Source: Candidatus Latescibacterota bacterium (GTDB lineage: Bacteria; Latescibacterota; UBA2968; GCA-2709665). Taken from it: 64,000 nt of DNA. The translations under genes and the position numbers were made by a program. Below the pieces are notes generated by a model that had not been told where the DNA came from, did no database searches, and saw only the letters and a list, made by a program, of their open reading frames with translations. The first letter of the stretch is position 1, and each line of letters starts with the position of its first letter. The stretch lies in assembly GCA_965222075.1 (NCBI GenBank), contig OZ244937.1, positions 2,240,001 through 2,304,000 on the forward strand. The letters are read 5' to 3'. This document shows positions 41,433 through 50,900 of the stretch, piece by piece.

Positions 41433-44400
41433 ATGAAAAAGTCCATTCTTTATTCTGCCTGTTTTGCGTTAGTCCGTCTCAATCTCGCCCTCTTGTTGGT
41501 CGCATTCCTGTTCGTACAGGACAGCCGTGCTCAAAACCCCCTTGAAGGGCATACCGATGCGGTCGAATCTGTGGCATTTTCACAAGATGAAATGCTGCTT
41601 GCTTCCGGGTCAGTGGATGGTACGGTCAAGCTATGGAACATAGAGACGAGACGAAATACCGACACCTTTGAGGGGCATACGGATGTGGTCAGTTCTGTGG
41701 CATTTTCACAAGATGGAATGCTGCTCGCTTCCGGATCATCAGTGGATGGCACGGTCAAGCTGTGGAACGTGCAGGCGGACACAAATATCGCCATCCTTGA
41801 GGAGCATACGGATGTGGTCAGCTCTGTGGCGTTTTCACAAGATGGGACGCTGCTCGCTTCCGGATCAGTGAATGGCGAGATTCTGCTGTGGAACGTGGCG
41901 ACGGGAAGCGCCACCAGCCTTAAGGGAGAGGCGGTCAGCTCTATGGCGTTTTCGCAAGATGGGATGCTGCTCGCTTCCGGGGCAGTAGATGGCACGATTC
42001 TGCTTTGGAATGTGTCGAAGGAAAACGCCACCACCCTTAGGGGCCATACGGATGATGTCTCATCTGTGGTGTTTTCATCCGATGGGATGCTGCTCGCTTC
42101 CGGATCTGATGATAACACGGTCAAATTGTGGGATATGCAGACGGGCACAGACAGGACACTTGAGGGACATACGGATGCGATCAGTTCTGTGGCGTTTTCA
42201 CAAGATGGGACGGTACTCGCTTCCGGGTCAGTAGATGGCACGATTCTGCTGTGGAACGTGGCGAAAAGAAAACAGATCACCACCCTTGAGGGACATAGGG
42301 ATGCGGTCAGCTCCGTGGCGTTTTCACAAGATGGGACGGTACTCGCTTCCGGGTCAGTAGATGGTAGAATTTTGCTTTGGAACGTATCTGAATGGACGCA
42401 GCCTCGCCCTCATACACTGGAGAAAATCTCCGGCGATGACCAGCAAGGCACGCCCAGGGCAATGTTGGCGAATCCCCTGATGGTTGAAGTGAGAGATCAG
42501 AACAATAATCCCTTACCGGATGTGCAAGTCACATTCAGGGTTACCGCAGGCGCGGGAAAGCTCAGCGGGCGCTTCACGATTGAGCACGCAACAACCGATT
42601 CCAACGGACGTGCAGAGGGAACGCTTACGCTTGGTCCCAATCCGGGAACAAACACCGTTGAGGTATCTATCGTCGGGCGTGAGCCGGAGACGTTTAATGC
42701 AGTGAGCATTGGAACGCCTGCTGTGCCGAGCCTGGACGGGGATTATCCAACATGGCATGTCCCCGACGGTGCAATCGCACGCCTGGGAAAAGGACCCATT
42801 GGCACAGGGGACAAAGCGGTGGCATTCTCGCCGGACGGTCAACGCCTCGCTGTGGCAAGTGGCATTGGCGTATGGCTTTACGATGTGCCGACCTCCCGTG
42901 AACTCATGCTACTACCCTCTGCGAGTGCAGTCAATTCTGTGGCGTTTTCGCAAGATGGGATGCAACTGGCTTCCGGGTCAGTAGATGGCACGGTTGCGCT
43001 GTGGGACATTGAGACGGGACGAAATACCGACACTTTTGAGGCGCGCAGGGGCAATGTCTTTCCCGTGGCATTTTCCCCCGATGGGACGCTGACAGCTTCC
43101 AGGTCAGTCGAATCTGTGGCGTTTTCCCCCGATGGAACGCTGATCGCTTCCGGGCTAAAGGATGGCACGGTTGTGCTGTGGGATATTGCAACTGGAAACG
43201 CCACCACTTTTGAAGGGCATACGGATTGGGTCAGTTCTGTGGCGTTTTCTCCCCGTGAAGATGGGACGCTGCTACTGGCTTCCGGGGCTTTGGATAGAAC
43301 GGTCAAACTGTGGGACGTGCAGGCAGGCACAAATGCCGCCACCTTTGAAACGCGCAGGGGCAATGTCTTTTCCGTGGCATTTTCACCCGATGGGACAATA
43401 CTGGCCTCCGGATCTGGGGATGGCACGATTCTGCTGTGGGACATTGAGACGGAAAACGCCATCCCCCTTGAAGGGCATACGGATGATGTCAACTCTGTAG
43501 CATTCTCACCCGATGGGACAATACTGGCTTCCGGATCTGATGATAATACGATCAAGCTGTGGAACGTGCAGGCAGGCACAAATATCGCCACCTTTGAAGA
43601 ACATACGGATGTCAGTTCCGTATCCCTGTCGCAGGATGAGGATGGGGTGCTGCTACTGGCTTCCGGGTCAGTGGATGGCACGATTCTGCTGTGGGACGCA
43701 GCGACGGAAAACATCACCCCCCTTGAGGGACATACGCAAGCGGTCAGCTCCGTCGCGTTCTCTCCCGATGAAGATGAGACGTTACTGGCTTCCGGGTTAC
43801 GGGACGGCACGATTCTGCTGTGGGACACAGCGAGAAGAGAGCAGATTACCACCCTTGAGGGACATACGCAGGCGGTCAGCTCCGTCGCGTTCTCTCCCGA
43901 TGGGAGGCTGATAGCTTCCGGGGCTTTGGATGGCACGATTCTGCTTTGGAACATTGCGACTGGAAATACCACCCCCCTTGAGGGACATACGCAGGCGGTC
44001 ACCTCCGTCGCGTTCTCTCCCGATGAGGATGAGACAATACTGGCTTCCGGGTCTTTGGATGGCACGATTCTGCTGTGGAACATTGCGACGGAAAACGCCA
44101 CCTCCCTTGAGGGACATACGCAGGCGGTCACCTCCGTTGCGTTCTCTCCCGATGAAGATGAAACAATACTGGCTTCCGGGGCAGTGGACGGCACGATTCT
44201 GCTGTGGAACATCACGACTGGAAATACCACCCCCCTTGAGGGACATACGCAGGCGGTCACCTCCGTCGCGTTCTCGCAGAATGAGGATGGGGCGTTGCTG
44301 CTGGCTTCCGGGGCTTTGGATGGCACGATTCTGCTGTGGGACGTGGCGACTGGAAATGCCACCATTCTTGAGGGGCATACGGGCAATGTCTTTTCCGTGG

Positions 44401-44840
44401 CCTTTTCGCCGGATGGGACGATACTGGCTTCCGGGGCTTTGGATGGCACGATTCTGCTGTGGGATGTAGCGACTGGAAATGCCACCATTCTTGAGGGGCA
44501 TACGGGCAATGTCTTTTCCGTGGCCTTTTCGCCGGATGGGATGTTGCTATCTTCCGGATCAGGGGATGGCACGATTCTGCTGTGGGATATGTCACCGGAT
44601 ATCACACCTCAAACTCCCAATCCCGACTTTGATGGCGATGGCCGTGTTGGCTTTGGCGATTTTGTGCAGTTTGCGGCACGGTTCGGGTTGAGTCAAGGCG
44701 ATGAGAGGTATGATGCGCGGTACGATCTGGATGGGGATAGCACCATCGGATTCAGCGACTTTGTGATCTTTGCCAATGCCTTTGGCCTGCCTGCCGAGTC
44801 GTCTTCGGCGCAGGCAGGCAAAGAAGTATCATCGAATTGA
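41433..44840 (+). CDS. secreted WD40 repeat protein: 7 WD40 + Ig-like (Big-1) + about 14 WD40 + dockerin-like EF-hand
   Basis: GHT..V.SVAFS.DG..LASGS.DGTI.LW repeats; KISGDDQQG...VEVRD Ig domain; DFDGDGRVGFGDF. Confidence 0.92.
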   Translation: MKKSILYSACFALVRLNLALLLVAFLFVQDSRAQNPLEGHTDAVESVAFSQDEMLLASGSVDGTVKLWNIETRRNTDTFEGHTDVVSSVAFSQDGMLLASGSSVDGTVKLWNVQADTNIAILEEHTDVVSSVAFSQDGTLLASGSVNGEILLWNVATGSATSLKGEAVSSMAFSQDGMLLASGAVDGTILLWNVSKENATTLRGHTDDVSSVVFSSDGMLLASGSDDNTVKLWDMQTGTDRTLEGHTDAISSVAFSQDGTVLASGSVDGTILLWNVAKRKQITTLEGHRDAVSSVAFSQDGTVLASGSVDGRILLWNVSEWTQPRPHTLEKISGDDQQGTPRAMLANPLMVEVRDQNNNPLPDVQVTFRVTAGAGKLSGRFTIEHATTDSNGRAEGTLTLGPNPGTNTVEVSIVGREPETFNAVSIGTPAVPSLDGDYPTWHVPDGAIARLGKGPIGTGDKAVAFSPDGQRLAVASGIGVWLYDVPTSRELMLLPSASAVNSVAFSQDGMQLASGSVDGTVALWDIETGRNTDTFEARRGNVFPVAFSPDGTLTASRSVESVAFSPDGTLIASGLKDGTVVLWDIATGNATTFEGHTDWVSSVAFSPREDGTLLLASGALDRTVKLWDVQAGTNAATFETRRGNVFSVAFSPDGTILASGSGDGTILLWDIETENAIPLEGHTDDVNSVAFSPDGTILASGSDDNTIKLWNVQAGTNIATFEEHTDVSSVSLSQDEDGVLLLASGSVDGTILLWDAATENITPLEGHTQAVSSVAFSPDEDETLLASGLRDGTILLWDTARREQITTLEGHTQAVSSVAFSPDGRLIASGALDGTILLWNIATGNTTPLEGHTQAVTSVAFSPDEDETILASGSLDGTILLWNIATENATSLEGHTQAVTSVAFSPDEDETILASGAVDGTILLWNITTGNTTPLEGHTQAVTSVAFSQNEDGALLLASGALDGTILLWDVATGNATILEGHTGNVFSVAFSPDGTILASGALDGTILLWDVATGNATILEGHTGNVFSVAFSPDGMLLSSGSGDGTILLWDMSPDITPQTPNPDFDGDGRVGFGDFVQFAARFGLSQGDERYDARYDLDGDSTIGFSDFVIFANAFGLPAESSSAQAGKEVSSN
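44786..44818. repeat. 33-bp palindromic element inserted in frame
   Basis: CCTGCCTGCCGAGTCGTCTTCGGCGCAGGCAGG; removal restores FGKEVSS, matching FGKDVSS in the LRR protein. Confidence 0.85.
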
Positions 44841-44921
44841 CTGCCGCTTCTGAAGTCACAAATCGCGTTCTACAGGACCAAAAATCAGTGTCAATTGGCA
44901 AAACTGTTCACAGGATTGATC

Positions 44922-47900
44922 ATGAAATCTCCTGTTAAATTTCTCTCCTTCGCGCTCGGCATCAGCATTCTGTTGAGCCTGATACTCTTGATTTACCCGT
45001 GGTCGCTATCCCCACAGACCAGCAGCTTTTCCCTGTCTCTGGATTTGGATAATTCTGCGGGTGATCAGGCGGCGTCCTCTCTCGATGTATCTCCCGATCA
45101 AATTGTTTCCATTCAGATTTTTGGCAAAGATATTCAAAATGCCAATGGTCTTTCCACGCTGCTTGAATACGATGCAACCCAGGTTATTTACAAAAAATTT
45201 ACTGTGGGCGATGTATTGCCCAATCCACTTGTAGAGCAGGATTCAACCTTCGGCCCTGCTCAGGCCAAAGCCTTTGTCCAGATCGACATGGCGTCTCTGG
45301 AGGGATCTACAACAGCCAATAGCAGCCTGATTGGCACACTGCGTTTTCACACCACAGATGCGTTTTCGAGCACAGAGATTCGATTGGTGCGTGCTGGCCT
45401 TGGCAGGGAAGGACAATTCGAGACTGTGACCACGGCCATCAGTGTTGCCTTACAGGTCGCTGCGGCGCCTTCTCCCGACTTTGACGGAAGTGGAACTGTG
45501 GATTTTCCCGACTTTTTGGCGTTTGTAAGCGTGTTTGGGTCTGAGGAGGGCCAGGATAACTACGATGCAAAATACGACCTCAATAGCGATGGCAAAATTG
45601 TATTTGAAGATTTTCAGATCTTAACCCACAGCTTTGGCAAAACCGTCGTGGCACAGAAGCCACCAACGCCACCAAAGTCACCAAAGGTATCGGCCCAAAG
45701 CACGCCCGCCAGTAGTCCTGATCTGATCGTTGAATCGTTTTCAGTCAGCGATAGTATTTTGGATGCAGGCGCAACCTTCACGCTGAGTGCGACTGTTCGC
45801 AATCAGGGCACCGGTACTTCTCCCCTCCTTATGAATTTGGACTATTATCGGTCAACCGATGAGACAATCTCGACAAGCGATACGAAAGTGGGCTGGGACC
45901 TCGTAAGACGCCTTGCGGCTTCTGAAATTAGTGATGAGTCGACTCGTGTGTGGGCACCGTCAAGTGGTGGCACATACTACTACGGGGCCTGTATCGAGGC
46001 CGTCTCCGGAGAATCCGACACAGACAACAACTGCTCCAATGCTGTCACCGTGACCGTGGGCAGTCCTGATCTGATTGTTGAACCGCCTTCGGTCAGCGAC
46101 AGCAGCCCGAAGGCAGGCGCATCTTTCACGCTGAGTGCGACTGTTCGCAATCAAGGTAATGGTACTTCTCCCTTCCTTATGACGTTGAACTATTATCTGT
46201 CAACCGATGCGACGATCTCGACAAGTGATACGAAAGTGGGCTGGGACCACGTAAGCCGCCTTGCGGCTTCTGGAACCAGTGATGAGTCGGCTCGCGTGAG
46301 GGCACCGTCGAGTGATGGCACGTACTACTATGGGGCCTGTATCGAGGCCGTCTCCGGAGAATCCGACACAGACAACAACTGCTCCAATGCTGTCACCGTG
46401 ACCGTGGGCAGCACAACCACCCCGCCCACCCCCAATCAGCCCCCGGTGTTCAGTGAAGGGGCGAGCGCCACGCGCAGCATAGCCGAGAACACAGGCGCAG
46501 GTCAGAACATCGGCAACCCGGTCAGCGCGACGGATGGCGACGGAGACCGCCTCACCTACAGCCTTGAAGGCAGGGATGCCTCTGCGTTCACCATCCAGTC
46601 CAATAGCGGTCAACTCGTGACCCGGTCGGGTGTGACCTACGACTATGAGACGAAGAACAGCTATTCGGTAACCGTGCGGGCACAGGACGGCAAAGGCGGC
46701 AGTGCGACCATTATCGTGGAGATCACCCTCACCGATGAGAATGAACCACCGGGCAGACCCGATGCGCCCACAGTCACGGCCTCAACACTGAACAGCCTGA
46801 GCATCCGTTGGACAGCCCCCACCAACCCCGGCCCTGCCATCAGCGACTACGACGTGCAGTACAGGGCAGAGGGTGGCAGTTTCACCGACTGGCCCCATAC
46901 CGGCACGGGCACGACCACGACCATCACGGGCCTGACCGCAAACACCCGTTACGAGGTACAGGTGCGGGCGCGCAATACTCAGGGAGAGAGCAACTGGTCG
47001 CCATCGGTTAACGGAACGACCATAGCCAATCAGTCTCCAGCCTTCAGTGAGGGAACCAGCACCACGCGCAGCATAGCCGAGAACACAGGCGCAGGTCAGA
47101 ACATCAACAACCCGGTCAGCGCAACGGATGGCGACAGCGACCGCCTCACCTACAGCCTCGAAGGCAGGGATGCCTCTGCATTCACCATCCAGTCCAATAG
47201 CGGCCAACTCATGACCGGATCAGGTGTGACATACGACTATGAGACCAAGAACAGCTATTCGGTAACCGTGCGGGCACAGGACGGCAAAGGCGGCAGTGCG
47301 ACCATTGCCGTGGAGATCACCCTCACCGATGAGAACGAACCGCCGGGCAGACCCGATGCGCCCACGGTCACAGCGGCCTCTTCTACCAGCCTGAAGGTGA
47401 CATGGACAGCCCCGGATAACCCCGGGCCAGCGATCAGCGACTATGATGTGCAGTACAGGGCAGAGGGTGAGCGCAGTTTCACCGACTGGCCCCATACCGG
47501 CACGGGCACGACGACCACGACCATCACGGGCCTGACCGCGAGCACCCGTTATGAGGTGCAGGTCCGGGCGACCAGCGACGAAGGCACGGGCGACTGGTCG
47601 CCACCTGGCAGTGGGATGACCAGTAGTGGTGGTGGTAGTGGTGGTGGTGGTAGTGGTGGTGGTGGTAATAATCCTGATCTGATTGTTGAATCGCCTTCGG
47701 TCAGCAACAGCACCCTGGGGCCGGGGGAATCCTTCAGGCTAAACGCCACTGTCCGCAACCAGGGCGGCAGTCGGTCTGCCTCTACGACCTTGCGCTATTA
47801 TCTGTCAACCGATGAGACAATCTCGACAGGTGATACGGAGGTAGATACGGACTACGTGAGCCGCCTTGATCCTTCTGGAATTAGTGATGAGTCTGCTCGT

Positions 47901-50900
47901 TTGACGGCGCCACCGGGTGAGGGCACATACTACTATGGGGCCTGTGTCGTGGCAGTCACTGGCGAATCCAACACAGACAACAACTGCTCCAGTCCTGTCA
48001 CCGTCACTGTTATTGGCCCTGACCTGGTCGTTGAATCCCCTTCGGTCAGCGACAGCACCCTGGGGCCGGGGGAATCCTTCTACCTGAATGCGACTGTGCA
48101 CAATCAGGGTGGCAGTCGGTCTGCCTCTACGACCTTGCGCTATTATCTGTCAACCGATGAGACAATCTCGACAGGTGATACGGAGGTAGATACGGACTAC
48201 GTGAGCCGCCTTGACGCTTCTGAAAGCGGTGATGAGTCGGCCCGTTTGACGGCGCCACCGGGTGAGGGCACATACTATTATGGGGCCTGTATCGAGGCCG
48301 TCTCCGGAGAATCCAACACAGACAACAACTGCTCCAGTCCTGTCTCCGTCACTGTTGTTGGCCCCGACCTGGTCGTTGAATCCCCTTCGGTCAGCGACAG
48401 CAGCCCGAAGGCAGGCGCGTATTTCACGTTGAGTGCGACTGTTCGCAACCAGGGCGGCAGTCGGTCTGCCTCTACGACCTTGCGCTATTATCTGTCAACC
48501 GATGAGACAATCTCGACAGGTGATACGGAACTGGATACGGACTACGTGAGCCGCCTTGCGGCTTCTGAAAGCGGTGATGAGTCGGCTCGTGTGAGGGCCC
48601 CATCAAGTGAGGGCACATACTACTACGGGGCCTGTATCGAGGCCGTCTCCGGAGAATCCGACACAGACAACAACTGCTCCAATGCTGTCACCGTGACCGT
48701 GGGCAGCACAACCACCCCGCCCACCCCCAATCAGCCCCCGGTGTTCAGTGAAGGAACGAGCGCCACGCGCAGCATAGCCGAGAACACAGGCGCAGGTCAG
48801 AACATCGGCAACCCGGTCAGCGCAACGGATGGCGACAGCGACCGGCTTACCTACAGCCTCGAAGGCAGGGATGCCTCTGCATTCACCATCCAGTCCAATA
48901 GCGGCCAACTCGTGACCCGGTCGGGTGTGACCTACGACTATGAGACGAAGAACAGCTATTCGGTAACCGTGCGCGCACAGGACGGCAAAGGCGGCAGTGC
49001 GACCATCGCCGTGGAGATCACCCTCACCGATGAGAATGAACCACCGGACAGACCCGATGCGCCCACGATCACGGCCTCAACACTGAACAGCCTGAGCATC
49101 CGTTGGACAGCCCCCACCAACCCCGGCCCTGCCATCAGCGACTACGACGTGCAGTACAGGGCAGAGGGCGGCAGTTTCACCGACTGGCCCCATACCGGCA
49201 CGGGCACGACCACGACCATCACGGGCCTGACCGCAAACACCCGTTACGAGGTGCAGGTGCGGGCGCGCAACACTCAGGGAGAGAGCAACTGGTCGCCATC
49301 GGTTACCGGAACGACCACCACCAATCAGTCCCCAGTATTCAGCGAGGGGACGACCACGATGCGCAGCATAGCCGAGAACACAGGCGCAGGTCAGAACATC
49401 GGCAACCCGGTCAGTGCGACGGATGACGACAGCGACCGCCTCACCTACAGCCTCGAAGGCAGGGACGCCTCTGCATTCACCATCCAGTCCAATAGCGGCC
49501 AACTCATAACCAGATTGGGTGAGAGATATGACTATGAGACGCAGGACAGCTATTCGGTAACAGTGCGGGCACAGGACGGCAAAGGCGGCAGTGCGACCAT
49601 TGCCGTGGAGATCACCCTCACCGATGAGAACGAACCACCGGGCAGACCCGATGCGCCCACGGTCACAGCGGCCTCTTCTACCAGCCTGAAGGTGACATGG
49701 ACAGCCCCGGATAACCCCGGGCCAGCGATCAGCGACTACGATGTGCAGTACAGGGCAGAGGGTGAGCGCAGTTTCACCGACTGGCCCCATACCGGCACGG
49801 GCACGACCACGACCCGCACGGGCCTGACCGCAAACACCCGTTATGAGGTGCAGGTCCGGGCGACCAGCGACGAAGGCACGGGCGACTGGTCGCTATCGGG
49901 CAGTGGCACGACCAGCAGTGATGGTGGTAATAATCCTGATCTGACTGTCGAATTGCCTTCGGTCAGCAACAGCACTCTGGCACCAGAGCAATCCTTCAGG
50001 CTAAGCGCCACTGTCCGCAACCAGGGCGGCAGTCAGTCTGCCTCTACGACCTTGCGCTATTATCTGTCAACCGATGAGACAATCTCGACAGGTGATACGG
50101 AGGTAGATACGGACTACGTGAGCCGTCTTGATCCTTCTGAAATTAGTGATGAGTCTGCGCGTTTGAAAGCACCGTCAAGTGATGGCACGTATTACTACGG
50201 GGCCTGTGTCGTGGCCGTCTCCGGAGAATCCGACACAGACAACAACTGCTCCGGTCCTGTCACTGTCACTGTTGTTGGCCCTGACCTGGTCGTTGAATCC
50301 CCTTCGGTCGATAATAACACCCCGACACCTGGGCGATTAATCAAACTGAGCGCCACTGTTCGCAACCAGGGAGGCGGTCGGTCCTCCTTTACGACGTTGC
50401 GCTATTATCAGTCAACCGACGAGACGATTGATTCGAGTGATACGGAAGTATATAAGAACTACGTGAGCTCCCTTGATCCCTCTGAAATTAGTGACAAGTG
50501 GATTCTTTTCTCTGCCCCGTCGAGTGCTGGCACATACTACTATGGAGCCTGTGTCGAGGCAGTCACTGGCGAATCCGACACGGACAACAACTGCTCCAGG
50601 GCTGTCACCGTGACCATAAGGAGCGCCCCCCCTCCACCTGCTCCCAATCAGCCCCCGGTATTCAGCGAAGGAGCAAGCACGACCCGCAGCATAGCCGAGA
50701 ACACAGGCGCAGGTCAGAACATCGGCAACCCGGTCAGCGCAACGGATGACGACAGCGACCGCCTCACCTACAGCCTCCAGGGCAGGGATGCCTCTGCATT
50801 CACCATCCAGTCCAATAGCGGCCAACTCGTGACCCGGTCGGGTGTGACATACGACTATGAGACGCAAGACAGCTATTCGGTAACAGTGCGGGCACAGGAC

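Noticed and set aside
42878-44605. 575-aa antisense ORF, and similar ones at 41531-42283, 57413-58726, 59747-60595 and 30227-31387
   Set aside because: Shadow frames of repetitive or GC-rich genes with no independent motifs.
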